The position numbers and the translations under genes were made by a program. The notes under the pieces are model-generated. The model saw only the letters and a program-made list of their open reading frames with translations. It ran no database searches and was not told the origin of the DNA. DNA of 63,995 bases, the filler included, from Octopus bimaculoides (lineage: Eukaryota): the NCBI RefSeq assembly GCF_001194135.2. It is 9 parts of 9 records of this genome, joined end to end, with 100 filler letters (N's around TTAATTAATTAA, not from the genome) between each part and the next. Parts side by side here need not be neighbours in the genome. Positions count along the whole stretch, not along the records: positions 1 to 15,166 come from NC_068994.1; 8 more parts are not named here. One strand, 5' to 3'. Shown here piece after piece: positions 1 to 13,249 of this stretch; position 1 is the first letter of the stretch; every line of letters begins with the position of its first letter.

Positions 1-263
1 GAGATCGTTGCCAGTGCCCCTGGACTGGCTCTTGTGCGGGTGGCACATAAAAGACACCAGTTCGAGCGTGGCCGTTTTCGTGCGGGAGACACGTAAAAGC
101 ACTCATTACACTCTCTGAGTGGTTGGCGTTAGGAAGGGCATCCAGCTGTAGAAACTCTGCCAAATTAGATTGGAGCCTGGTGTAGCCATCCTGTTGCACC
201 AGTCCTCAGTCAAATCGTCCAACCCATGCTAGCATGGAAAGCGGACGTTAAACGATGATGATG
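1..263 (+). mobile_element. RTE-clade LINE 3' UTR with (GAT)n tail
   Basis: Same sequence as the 3' end of the RTE copy at 7421-8600 (…catgctagcatggaaagcggacgttaaacgatgatgatg); abuts and interrupts the left TIR of the Tc1 element. Confidence 0.85.
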
Positions 264-1789
264 AAAACTATATGAGATTATTTTACTTTTTACAGTTTAA
301 GTAAAATTTTTTGACTCTTTCAAATGATACAGGTGTTATAGGTCCTTCTACAATTCGAATAATTTTAATCCACAATTAATTCAAATGATGAAAACTTGTC
401 AGCAAAATAAGTTTAAGGCCGTACCAAATTATTTTGTTAAAATTGAAAATTTATGGCATAAAGGATCAATGAACAAAATTTTTTTATTAGTTCCAGAGCC
501 ATTATTTTCAATTACAGCCTTACAATAGTGGAACATGAAGTTTGACAAATGCACACAAAAATCAGTTGGCCTGTTCTGCCAGATTTCTTCAATAAAATTA
601 TATGATTGGAGCAAATTTGTTGGTTTTTTTAGCATGAACTCTTTTAGAAACATAATTCCATAAATTTTCTATCTGATTCAAATCTGAGCTCTGCAGAGGC
701 CACTTAGTAACCACCATATTATTGCACTCAAAATATTGCAAAACTTTCCTAGTCTTATAAATGGGGCAATTGTCTTGCTGGAAAATAGATCCCAGTGGCA
801 TCTGATAATTTAAATATGGCAGCACATTTTCATTTACTAATTGCAGATAGCCTATGCTGTTCAGTCTGCCATCAGCCTTAACAATTGTACCAACACCTAA
901 TCTACTTAACGCAGCCCATGTCATTACCCCACCACCACCCACTTGTGCCGTTTTCTTGACACATTTACGATGGAATTCTTCAGTTGGACAGCATCTAACA
1001 AGTTTTTCTGTTTGAATCAAAGATGCAGAAGCAGGATTCGTCGCTCCAAAGAACTTTTGACCAGTCTTCGGCCGTCCATTCAATATGGCTTTTAGCAAAC
1101 TTGATCCGCTTCCGCCAGTTTGTCTCAGAAATTATCAGCTTCTTTTGAGCAATCTGGCCGAACAGTCCAAATTCTTTTAGGCGGTTTCTGATATAGTTTG
1201 TGGTGTAAAGCTGATGTCAGTTTCGTCAGATAATTGCTTCCAAATGTCCACTGCTGTTAACATTTGGTTACCTTCAGAGAGCCTATGAATTCGCAGATTC
1301 ATCTGTACTGCTGTTTTTCTCAGAGCACCTGTTCTTTTCTGATCTTTGTATTGGCCAGTGGCTTGGTACAGCTTCCATGTTTGAACACAAGCTGTTTTGC
1401 TGCATCCTAGTTGCTTGCTAATGTTCATGAAGGATACATTTTGCTGATGAAGCAACACAATCTTTGATCTAGTAACTGGGCTGATACTACAATGCTTTCC
1501 CATAGTGAATTAATGTGTAACAATGCTGTTATTAAACAAAACAGTGCAGTACAACCAGCCATATGACCACCCATTTGGTTTATTAATTTGCATAATCTTG
1601 GTCTGAGCTTAAACTTATTTTGCTGACAATTTCTAATCATTTGAATTAATTGCACATTAAAATTATTTGAATTGTAGAAAGATATATAATGCCTATCTCA
1701 TTCAATAGAGAAAAAAATCTACATAAATTGTAAAAGGTAAAAATAATTTTATACTGTTTTGCTTGGTCTTAAACTTATTTTGGCCAGTG
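264..1789 (-). mobile_element. Tc1-family DNA transposon, IR-DR type, decayed
   Basis: About 160-190 bp imperfect inverted repeats (264-420 vs ~1600-1789), each with an internal repeat of the terminal motif (cagcaaaataagtttaag). Right end is …ggccagtg|TA. The outer ~30 bp of the left TIR is displaced by the RTE. Confidence 0.88.
598..1503 (-). pseudogene. Tc1 DD34E transposase, frameshifted
   Basis: ORF 1177-1503 is a paired-like HTH. ORF 598-1098 contains GGGVMTWA, FQQDN and WPLQSSDLNQIENLW, with 34 residues between the second D and the E. Confidence 0.9.
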
Positions 1790-1799
1790 TATATATTCA

Positions 1800-1838
<39 letters not shown>

Positions 1839-1859
1839 GTTTATGTGGATTACTTAATA

Positions 1860-4400
1860 CAGTTTTTGAAGTGTAAAGGTGATATTTTAGAAAAAAATTA
1901 TTTTGTTCAAAAATGTTATGAAATCTTTTGTGAGGATGGTACTAACCTTTTTGGGAAGAAGTCTTTTTCTAGTGTGTGAGTGCTTTCATTAAACGTTTTC
2001 AAACACATGTTCTCTTAAAAAGGAAGTTGTTATTTTTGTGGTAGTGGTAGTATTATTTCCGGTTTATTTTCGGACTCTTGGTATTGGTCATAAATATTCT
2101 TTCACCATTGTTTATTATATAGAGTGTTGACTATTTTCGGTTTAATTTTGGATTTAGAATTCTTATAAAGTATTATTTTTGTTTGCCTTTTGTAATTGTA
2201 CATTTTCATCATTTATTTTGTAAAATGGGAATATTTTAAATTTTCCATTTGCACAGATATCTAGATGTTCACTGCATGGGACATTCCTAATAGATGAATC
2301 CCTAATTTGTTGTTTATACACATTCACACAGCTGTTCAGTTTCCTTCTTGTCTCCCCAATGTAGTTTTCTTTACATTGTGAGCATGTTTTTTGTTTTGCA
2401 ATGAATTCTAATTCCTTCCCATTCTTGAGTTTTTTTGATTGCCCCTTATTCAATTAATTTGCATGTCCCACTACAAGGGTCACCACAGTTGATTACTTGT
2501 ATCGTTTATTTTTCAAATGTGAATCTAGCTTTGTTAGGAGTCTCTTGAGATTGGATAGTTGTCTTCAACTGTTGATAATTTGTGATTTTTTAATTATTCA
2601 TTGGAGATTCGGTAATTGATGTAGAATTGGGAGGTATCGTTTGGCTGAGTGCAAGATGTTGTAGTTTCTATGATTGTGGGTGACTACAAACAGAATATTT
2701 ATATTTGTATTTTTTTTTCAGACCTAGCCGGAGTGTTTCTCCGTAAGGTAGAGATCGGGATTTCCTTTGCTTTTGTTACGGCATATTGAATTAACTTGTT
2801 GGGATATTTTTGTTTCTGAAGGAATATATTAAGTTCTGCCAGTCGTTTCTCTCATCTAACGGTATCTGTGACTGTTGAGCATATTCACCTTGTCATATTA
2901 AACGGTATGTTCCTTTTTGTATGGGAAGGGTGGCAAGATCTAAAATCTAAACATTGGTGTGTGTCTGTGTTCTTGTAATACAGGTCAATTGTAACTTTCT
3001 CATTTTCTTTAATTATCAGGATGTCCAAAAAGAGTACCTTTACATTTATTTCCGTAGTGAATTGGATTGAGACATAAATGTTATTTATTAATTTAAGAAA
3101 TTTTGTAAGGTTCTCCTCATTTAGGTTCCAAAATATAAAGCAGTCATCTAAGAATCTTTTCCAGTTTCTTATGAGGTAAGTTTGGAGGTGGTCGTCAAAA
3201 GTAGTTTTGGATAAGGTATAAATTTTTTCTTCTATGTATCCCATTACTAGTGTGAAAAATGTTGCTGTGACTTTCATATCCATTGCAGTGCCTTGTATCT
3301 GTAGATAATATTGATTATCAAAGAAGTAGTTGTTTTCCAGTACTATCTGTAAACCTTCAAGTATATATTCTTTTGAGAATCTCTCCTGAATTCTTTGTAG
3401 TTGTTTGTTTATCCAGAATTCTACTGCTTCTAGTCCATATATATATGGGGAATATTTGTGTAGAGACTAGTTACATCAAAGCTAGTGAGTACTATCTCTT
3501 TATCTACTTGTTCTGGGATATAGCTTAAGAAGTTCATGTCATCTCTAATGAAATTGGGAACTAATCTGCATAAAGTTTTTTAAATTATGTTCAGCAAGTT
3601 GCTTAATCTTTGGGTGCTGGATGCTGGTCCTGCAACAATCAGATGCAATTTGAGATCAGTTGGTTTGGGAATCTTTGGTGATCTGAATCTTTATATATGG
3701 AGTATGGAAGTCTTTTAAGTTGTTGTTGATCTGTTTGGATTTATGGATTTTAGTACATCCATAAAAATTACTTGTTTCCATTTTAAAATTGGTGAGTTAA
3801 TCCAACTCCTTTTTTATTAAGTCATCTTCAAATTTGTTGGTAAATTTTCCAGTTTTACTCATAGTTCGTTTATCAGCATTGCTATCTAGTTTTTTTGTAG
3901 AATTGCTGGTCATTGAGTTGTTCTAAGACCATTTCCCTGTAATGGGTCTTGTCCATTATTACAATAACTCCTCCTTTGTCAGCTTCTTTAATAACTATAG
4001 ATGAGTCTTCTTGTAGACATTGTAATATGTTTTGTTCCTCATCTGTAATATTTTGTTTTACAAGGTTTGCTAGAATGTTTGAGCTAGCAGATCTTTGCAG
4101 GTGTATTATATATTCCTCCAGATATTTGTTTCTGTTTATTGGAGGTTTAAAACCTGTTTTGTTCTGCACAAGTGATGGATCATAGTTGTGATTGTTTTGA
4201 AAGAATTCACATAGGCGAAGTTCCCTGCAAAATTCCTTGGTATCTTTTATAAGGTCTTGTACTGTTATTATCAGTCTGAATATGCTTGAGGCCCGTTCAA
4301 ATAGGTGAACAAGCCACTCACTGCATTTTGTCATGGAAAATATATTCCATTTGTTGACAAATGGTGTGTATACACATATATCAGCTTGCAGTGCCACCTA
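1860..4400 (-). mobile_element. Penelope-like retroelement (RT plus C-terminal GIY-YIG endonuclease), decayed
   Basis: ORF pieces in order: SIVIKEADKGGVIVIMDK (3882-4397); WKRFLDDCFIFW, FLDILI and DTHQCLDFRSCHPSHTKRNIPF (2885-3283); CSQCKENYIGETRRKL…CSEHLDIC (2163-2453). The left boundary is approximate. Confidence 0.9.
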
Positions 4401-4581
4401 TTCAGACTGTGAGATGCATGCATTTTGGAGTAGTTATCTCCTCTTTGGTCATGGACACCAGGCTGCAGTGCTGCAAGCTGATTGAAGAGACTGATTCTCT
4501 AATGCTTCTCCAGCTACCATATGGTGACTGGCAGCACTGTAATAAAAAATAAAAAATGCATCTGAAACAGCTGTAATGAAC
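4400..4581 (+). ncRNA. Decayed hammerhead ribozyme-like motif with ~150-nt branched stem II
   Basis: ctg-tga core remnant; AGATGCAT 4412-4419 pairs with ATGCATCT 4556-4563; inner 11-bp helix 4464-4474/4531-4541; then GAAAC-AGCT-GTA; located at the 5' end of the PLE. Confidence 0.45.
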
Positions 4582-5369
4582 ATTTAACTCGTTTGTGTTC
4601 TTATTTAATGTAAACACCATTCCTGGAACCTTCCCTACATTGGATTGTGAAACTGCATGCTGGTGTGCATGGACATATAATTTCATGTACATGTATATAC
4701 ATACATATATGTATATTTCAGTGTATATGTACATGTATGTGTAAGTGTATGAATATGTCTGTGTATGCACAGGTATATATACAGATGTGTTTGTATATGG
4801 TATATACACTGATGTGCAGATTTTGACCCTTGTTTGATGTTGAAGTAGCGGAAGGGTAAGAAGAGATTAGAGGGGCAGAATAGAGGGAGGGAAGATGAAG
4901 CTAGAAGGAGGTGGGGAAGAAATTCGAGGGATGAGGGTAGGGTGTGGTATAGAAGGACGTGCTAGGTAGAGAGGAATGTGTGAAGAGAATCAATTCTTCA
5001 GTATTCTTTCTCTGCCACCGACCCACCTTCATTCTTTAAATTTTTCCCTTGTTGCACTGTTGGTATCTATAACTAGATCCCTTCCCTTCATTTTGATACC
5101 TGCCCCTCCCTTTTCTTATACCCACTTCCCTTTTTTTACCATCCCCTCTGGCCCCTCTGTCCCAACCCCATTCCCTATTTCATTCAGCAATACTAAACAT
5201 CTGCAGGCATTCAACAATCCAAGAATGAGGCATCAAATTAAACTCAATCCAGGCCATATACATGTTGGTATGATGGGTTTTTTTTGCAATGCCTCAAAAT
5301 TGTCTTAGTAACCTGGTGATCATTGGTACCCTAGATTTCTTTCTATATCTTTTTTTGTTTCTATGGTAA

Positions 5370-6380
5370 TATTTCTTCATATAAAAGAAAAGTATATGCC
5401 TTCTCCACAATCATTCCAGTATATACCTTCCATATTATGTTCAGGCATGCTACTACGATAATAATTTCCCCACAACATTCTCCTTCTATCTTTCATTACA
5501 AGTGTTGTCCTTCTCATTAACATCCAATAGGGAAGTGCATCCTTCTGGACACATTCGTTCAATTCAGTTGCAAGTCATTCATGAACTGCATTGCATATCT
5601 TCAACCAAAACTGATGGATTCCATCTGGGCTGGGAACTTTCCAGTTTGGTTCCTTGGCCACTTGATCCTTCACATCCTTCAATTCACAGTAAGGTTTCTT
5701 TGTCTATTTCCTCCTCACAATTCTGTCTTGATGATTTCTATCCACTTAGCATCTTTTCTGGTGTTTCCCCATTCCAGAGCTCTTTGGCCTGGTGAGCATT
5801 AGGAACAGCATCCTTCCCACTGTCTCATTCAAAAATGTAGAAGAATTGTTTTTTTAGTTATTTGGAATAATGTATTCTCCTCAAACTTTTTATTTCTGCT
5901 CACACATCTTCTTATCTTCTGGCTTTACATCAAAATCTTCTGTTTTAATTGTTCCATCACTATATAGAATCCATTGTTCCATAGTTTGTTTCTTGTCTCA
6001 TGTCTCCTGATCAACCTTTTCCTCATTTCCCCTTTTCCTCTATAAGCCATTGCTCAATTTTACTTAACTCTTGTCTTGACCACATAATGTCATTTTCTAT
6101 GCTTCATTTACATCATGGTCCTCTTTTGCCTTACGCTGTTTCAATCAATTGTAATTTCTCCTCGGTAGCTTGGATAAGATTCCTTGTTTGCATTACGTCC
6201 TGTCTGAATATGTGATATAACTGTATTCATTTTTTTATAATTTCATATATCATAGTCCTATCAACCCTTTTCATATTCATTGGGATTTTTCTTCATGAGC
6301 ATTCATCAAATCAATTAGCCATCTTTGTAGTTCAAGCAATTCCTCATCTAATTGGCTCCTCCACTGCAGTTCATTATTAT
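5370..6380 (-). mobile_element. R4/Dong-clade non-LTR retrotransposon fragment (pre-RT and RT N-terminus), decayed
   Basis: Minus-strand translation across frameshifts gives NWKVPSPDGIHQFWLK, LNECVQKDALPYWM..RTTLVMKD, CLNIIWKVYTG and MEQLKQKI, typical of R4/Dong ORFs. Confidence 0.75.
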
Positions 6381-6419
6381 TTGTTAGCACAATGGACAGA
6401 ATGTTTATTGGTATTTAAT

Positions 6420-6565
6420 ATGCATTTACATTCTGGGTTCAAATTCCACCGAGGTCGATTTTGTCTTTCATCCTTTTGAGCTCAATAAAATAAGAACCAC
6501 TTCTGTGGTTGCAAAATCAGCTAGCTCCCTCCCCCAGAAATTTAGGCCTATAATAGAAAGGATTA
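6420..6565 (+). mobile_element. SINE family B (short, tRNA-like head), partial
   Basis: ttctgggttcaaattccaccgaggtcgattttgtctttcatccttt…tttaggcctt, shared with the other family B copies in the window. Confidence 0.75.
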
Positions 6566-6570
6566 TCATC

Positions 6571-6607
<37 letters not shown>

Positions 6608-6626
6608 ACAAGAACAACAACAACAA

Positions 6627-6658
<32 letters not shown>

Positions 6659-7289
6659 ACAACAACAACATCATCATCATCATCATTTTATTATTATTAT
6701 TACTACTATGATCTATTTTATTTCCAGCTTTATTGTTCATTAAACTTTGGATTAAACTGGACATTATTACATAAGTTTGTCACTCCAAGATTCTTTTGGT
6801 AAGTAAATCATTTTTATTTTAATATAATATTCTTATTTTCTTCAATTTTTTATTTCATATTTTTGACGTCAGGAGTGAAGGCCATGTTCAGAATGTATTA
6901 TAGACTATTCAAGACTGATGCAAGGGCAGTAGGAGGGTGTCCTTAAACTGGAAACTTGGTCCAAAATCCTTGCAACAGAGTGGACTCCGCTAAAGGCACA
7001 ATCTGGGTGTTGAATAAAGTCTACCACTGAGGTAGGTCCTGGCAGGATTTGAATTCAGAATGGAAACAGCTGGAATAAACACAGTAAGCTACCTGGTCCA
7101 ATATTCCACCAACCCACTATCTTGGACTGGTACCTTTTTAATGAATCTGAAAGGATGAAAGGCCAAGGGGATTTTTGATTTTTGTAGGATTTGAACACAG
7201 AGTGTAAAGATTTGGAACAAACCCCACACAATATACTCTCCAATGCTCTAATAACTCTGAATAAATTCTTTTAGTATTTAGTTTTATCT

Positions 7290-7322
<33 letters not shown>

Positions 7323-7382
7323 GTACACACACACACACACACATATATATGTATATATATATATGTGTGTGTGCATATATAT

Positions 7383-7420
<38 letters not shown>

Positions 7421-7425
<5 letters not shown>

Positions 7426-8600
7426 AGTGGGGGTGGGTGCGCTGAAAGTGTAGCTGCTAGAATAAGAATAGCCTGGACAAAGTTCAGAGAGCTCTTACCT
7501 CTGCTGACGACAAAAGGACTTTCACTCAGAGTAAAAGGCAGATTGTATGATGCATGTGTACGAACAGCCATGCTACATGGCAGTGAAACATGGGCTGTGA
7601 CTGCTGAGGACATGCATAAGCTCGCAAGAAATGAAGCCAGTATGTTCCGATGGATGAGTAATGTCAGTGTGCATACCTGACTGAGTGTAAGTAACTTGAG
7701 AGAAAAATTGAACATAGGAAACATCAGCTGTGGTGTGCAAGAGAGACGATTGCGCTGGTATGGACATGTGATGAGAATGGACGAGGATAGCTGTGTGAAA
7801 AAGTGCCACACCCTAACAGTTGCGGGAACCTGTAGAAGAGGTAGGCCCAGGAAGACCTGGGCTGAGGTGGTGAGTCAAGACCTTCGAACATTGGGTGTCA
7901 CCGAGGCAATGACTTCTGACTGAGACCTTTAGAAATATGCTGTGCGTGAGAAGACCCGGCAAGCCAAGTGAGACCTAAACCCAAGNNNNNNNNNNNNNNN
8001 NNNNNNNNNNNNNNNNNNNNNNNNNNNNNNNNNNNNNNNNNNNNNNNNNNNNNNNNNNNNNNNNNNNNNNNNNNNNNNNNNNNNNNNNNNNNNNNNNNNN
8101 NNNNNNNNNNNNNNNNNNNNNNNNNNNNNNNNNNNNNNNNNNNNNNNNNNNNNNNNNNNNNNNNNNNNNNNNNNNNNNNNNNNNNNNNNNNNNNNNNNNN
8201 NNNNNNNNNNNNNNNNNNNNNNNNNNNNNNNNNNNNNNNNNNNNNNNNNNNNNNNNNNNNNNNNNNNNNNNNNNNNNNNNNNNNNNNNNNNNNNNNNNNN
8301 NNNNNNNNNNNNNNNNNNNNNNNNNNNNNNNNNNNNNNNNNNNNNNNNNNNNNNNNNGGCACATAAAATACACCATTTGAGCGTGGCTGCTGCCAGTACC
8401 GCCTGACTGGCCTTCATGCCGGTGGCATGTAAAAGCATCTACTTCACTCTCAGAGTGGTTGGCATTAGGAAGGGCATCCAGCTGTAGAAACTCTGCCAAA
8501 TCAGATTGGAGCTTGGTGTAGCCATCCGGTTTCACCAGTCCTCAGTCAAATCGTCCAACCCATGCTAGCATGGAAAGCGGACGTTAAACGATGATGATGA
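7421..8600 (+). mobile_element. RTE-clade LINE, 5'-truncated (RT C-terminus, 3' UTR, (GAT)n tail), spans a gap
   Basis: ARIRIAWTKFRELLPLL…KGRLYDACVRTAMLHGSETW and RRLRWYGHVMRM…RRGRPRKTW; starts inside a (TA)n tract. Confidence 0.92.
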
Positions 8601-8608
8601 TATATATA

Positions 8609-9189
8609 TGAGAGGAAGTCAAAAATGATCTGCACTTTCACAATAACATATTTTTATTATTATCACACTTCCTTCTGCGCATGCATGCTTATAGTTGGTA
8701 CTATTGTGCTCATGTGATTGAAGGCTGAGCCTGATTGTGCCATTTTCCTTTCTGGTTTTGCAGTGTAATCATGGCCACTCCACTAGCATTGTGCACCAAA
8801 GAAGAACAAAGAGCAGTGATCCGATTTCTTTGGTCGGAAGGTGTGTGTCAGGTCCTGAAATTCATCACAGGCTTAGCACAATACAGGGACAGTGGACTAC
8901 CACATAGAAGTGTATATTAGTAGATCAAGAAGTTTAAAAGTGACCAGACAAGCTTGACATACGAAGAGGAAGCAAGATGCCCATCAACCTCCACTACTTT
9001 GGTGCACATTGCTAGTGGAGTGGCCATGCTAACACTGTAAAGTCAGAAAGAAAAATAGCGCAATCAGGCTCAAACTTTGATCACGTAACCATAATAGTTC
9101 CAACTATAAACACACATGAACAGAAGGAAGTGCGATAATAATAAAGATATGTTACGGCAAAAGTGCGGATAATCTTTGACTTCCCCTCA
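8609..9189 (+). mobile_element. Internally deleted mariner-like element
   Basis: TIRs tgagaggaagtcaaaaatgatctgcactt / aagtgcggataatctttgacttcccctca with TA on both flanks; transposase N-terminus MATPLALCTKEEQRAVIRFLWSEG…RSVY. Confidence 0.85.
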
Positions 9190-9575
9190 TATACACACAC
9201 ACACATACATGAACACACACACACACATATATTCAAGATCAAAATCCTATAGTAGTTTATAAAATAGAATTCAGTAATATAATGGTTGGAGGTCATTCAG
9301 ATAATTTTGCAGTTTTTTCTTTGAAACAAAAAAAAAGTAATCTTATACTAGGAGTTTAGTATTTCACTATTATTGCAATGTCTCTCTTAGAATTGTATTA
9401 AAAGGACAAAACCAGTGGCTAAATCACCCAAAATATGTTTTGGTATTGATAGGTAGACTCAATAGAGTGATAGACAAAATATGCTGGGAACAATGTATTG
9501 GTAGAATCAATGGAGCATTGGATTAAATATGTTGAGGACAGTCAATTGCAAGAAACAGCAGAGCAGAAAACACAA

Positions 9576-9940
9576 GGTGCAGGAGTGGCTGTGTGGTAGG
9601 TAGCTTGCTTACCCATCACATGGTTCTGGGTTCAGTCTCACTGTGTGACACCCTGGGCAAGCGTCTTCTACCATAGCCTTGGGCCAACCAAAGCCTTGTG
9701 AGTGGATTTGGTAGGCAGAAACTTAAAGAAGCTCTTTGTGTGTCTGTGTTTGTCCTCCCAGTATTACTTGACAACCAATGCTGGTGTGTTTATATCCCTG
9801 TAACTTAGCAGTTCAACAAAAGAAACTGATAGAATAAGTACTAGGCTTACAAAGAATAAGTCCTGTGGTCGATTTGCTTGAATAAAGGTGGTGCTCCAGT
9901 ATGGCCGCAGTCAAATGACTGAAACAAATAAAAAAAGAAT
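9576..9940 (+). mobile_element. SINE family A (~360-420 bp), full length
   Basis: tRNA-like head (gtggctgtgtggtag…ggttcagtc), central microsatellite position and tail ending cagtcaaatgactgaaacaaataaaa; at least 13 copies or fragments in the window. Confidence 0.85.
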
Positions 9941-10836
9941 GATATTTAGCTGCATCTCTTTAAATTTTTCATGCAAATCACAAGGCCAACTCTACTTTTC
10001 ATCTGCCCATAGCCAATAAAATGAAAAACTAGATCTAATTTAAATGACTAACCTCTCCCCCAAATTTCAGGCTTTGTGCCTATATTAGAAACAGTTATCA
10101 TTGTTCTTGTAGTTAATGTTGTTGATGTTAACTCAACATCACCATTATTATTATTATTATTATTATTATTACTTAATCTTTGTTATGTTGCTCATTCTCT
10201 TCCTCAGCCTTCATCACACAGTCTATAACTTCATTTCCTCTACTGCACTTTTTAACCTCCATTAAAACAGAAGACAGGTGCTTGTTAGGAGAAGGTCTAT
10301 GTTTACTATGTTTTCTATCTATTTTCAGTCATATATCAATTCATTTTTCACCTGCCATTATTCTTTTGTAGTTAGATCTATAATCCTGCACTAGATATTT
10401 CTTTAATGACTTCCTAATTCCTGTACATCCCTTTGTTTGTGTATGGTAAATATAATCTCTGAATTTCTGCTTCAGGCATGTGGCACTCTAAATACAGTGA
10501 TTATCTTTCTATATATTCTGCTATGTTTTATTACACCTCTATCTATCAACAGTTATTACTGCTATTGTTACAGTTATTGAACTAGTTAACCTCATCTTTC
10601 TATCAAGACTGATGCTGTGATTCATCTTCTTAGCTGCCATAATAATGTCTAAGTATGTATGCATGCATGTATATGTATGTACATATGTATGTATATGTAC
10701 GTACATATGTGTACATGTGTGTGCATGTGAATATATGTATGTGTATATATATGTATATGTATACATAGGTATGCATGAATGTGTGAGCTAAAAGTTATTT
10801 GAGTATACACTTGTTTACATGTATGTATGCATGCAA

Positions 10837-10873
<37 letters not shown>

Positions 10874-11871
10874 AACTAGTCTATCAACGGTGTCTATGCA
10901 TTAATTATGATACATAGTCTCCTATTTTAATTTAATACTGCCTCAGTTGCACAACCCAGACTTTTATTCAGGCAAGTGGCTATTCACTACATTAGTGACT
11001 GTTTCTTATATGGGTGGGTTTCTTATATGGGTTGATGCTGATTAATTGTCCAGTCATGTGCCGCAAGTACCTATCATTGAAAAGGCCTAAAAAAAAATGA
11101 AATACCTGTAGTATTCTCATTGGACGCTATTGGAGTATTTTTCATCTACCTCTGATGCGTATTATCTTTTTAACACAGCATGTCCACAAGAGATATTATC
11201 TTAGGATGACTACTGCAGTAACTAGTACATCGAGGTATCTCTATACATTAGGTATCATACATAGATGGCTATATGCATGCATGTATGCACATGCACACAT
11301 GTGCATGTGCACACACACACACACACACAAAGTAAACATAGATGGCATTTAAAATTTAGAACAGCTGTTTCAGTAGAATTTTATTTAATGTAGTCGTAAA
11401 AGATTACATCATAATATACTACCCACCATCACTAGGTAAAATTTTAAATAGGTAATTTTAAATGGCTATGTTCAGACTATGTCCAGTTCTTGGCTATGTG
11501 ATCATACCTAACTATTTCTGGTGTCCTGTTTATGTGTCTTGATTCTTAAGAATTACATATACATATATACACATATATCTATATATATATATATATATAC
11601 ATATACATACACACATATACATATACATACATACACACAACGCACACACACACACACACACATATATATAAAACAAAATGTTGAATGTTTACTCAAGTTT
11701 TGTCCATTTGTGACCATCTTCTCAAGGAATATATGTTATATACATAGATCCTTTTGGAAAGTTTTGGAATAGAATAGGTAGAGTACGATTAAGGTTATAT
11801 TGTATTTTATTTCAATGAAAATTGAATCAATGCAAACCATTTTGTTCTTACTTCTTCTACTCCATATATAT

Positions 11872-12285
11872 CATCATCATCGTTTAACATCCACTTTCCA
11901 TGCTAGCATGGGTTGGACGATTTGACTGAGGACTGGCGAACCAGATGGCTGCACCAGGCTCCAATCTGATCTGGCAGAGTTTCTACAGCTGGATGCTCTT
12001 CCTAACACCAACCACTCCAAGAGTGTAGTGGGTGCTATTACGTGACACTGGCACGGGGGCCAGTCAGGCAGTACTGACAACAGCTACGCTCAAATGGTGT
12101 TTTTTACGTGCCACCTGCACAGGAGCCAGTCCAGCGGCACTGGCAATGACCTCACTCGAATGTCTTTTCACATGCCACCCGCACAAGTGCCAGTAAGGCG
12201 ACGCTGGTAATGATCACACTCAAATGGTGCTATTTACATACCACCGGCACGGAAGCCAGACAGCTGCTCTAGCAGTGATCATGCT
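11872..12285 (-). mobile_element. RTE-clade LINE 3' UTR, 5'-truncated
   Basis: Reverse complement of the 8360-8600 tail; (ATC)n at the left end; (TA)n on both flanks. Confidence 0.85.
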
Positions 12286-13249
12286 ATATATATATATATA
12301 TATATGCAAGTGTGTGTTGTTCATATATATGCCACTACTCACTCTGAGTTATTTCCCTTGTCTCATGTTTGCTTAATTTATGCAAATTACCTAGGCTATA
12401 AATGCATTGTAATCTTTTTATATATGTCTATGCACTTTGCTGCTGATGATAGGTTAGAAGGATTGTTATGCTGATCATACATATTAAAGCAGAAACATAT
12501 ATCCACAACTGTCCTCTTATCTCAACACAATAAGCCTGTCCTTCTCCTTAATGGCATTCAACTTTGAAGAATGCTTGATTTTATCTTCCCTTCTCATGAA
12601 GATTTCTGAATTGCTATTTGTTAATTGTGACATCCTTTGGAGGCAGAGAAAATTTCAAAACATCAAGTATACACAGATTGCTATTATGGAATGATATTAC
12701 TTCTGTTGCTTGTCTGCGCATGCATGTGCATGCATGCATGCGTTTGTGCATGTGTCAGGTTTCTCTTGCACTACTGGCAACATGTGTCCCAGTACATGTT
12801 GCATGGTTGGGTCATCAGTGACTAAACTAGCAACCCTTTCAAGCTTTCTTGGTGAAGTGGGTGACTTTTGGGACACCCTGCAGGATGAAAAACAAGACCT
12901 ATTAAAGGGTGAAGAAACTCAGAAGAGTCAACAGCCATCTACTATAGCCAAAAGTAGATGGTGCTCACCAGTCATAGTGAAGACAATCCATCTAGAGGAA
13001 GGAAATCTTTGATTTAAAAACCATCATAATGTTGGTAGATGTAGTTCACCAAAATATGCAACCAGTAATGGAAGCAAATAATCTTCCTGAACTGACTCTC
13101 TTATCTTCTTCCACCCTTCCCTGCCACAACATTCCTCCACACCCCCACTGAGCCTTCTACTTCCCTCTTCTAATACTGCTTACTCTCCACATTTAATCAT
13201 TCTACCTTTAAACTTCTCTGCGTCAAGATTTTGCCCTTACCCTGATGCC

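Noticed and set aside
11355-11440. gaaacagctgtt on the minus strand resembling the HHR stem III
   Set aside because: No CUGANGA core, no GUH with stem I; too decayed to call
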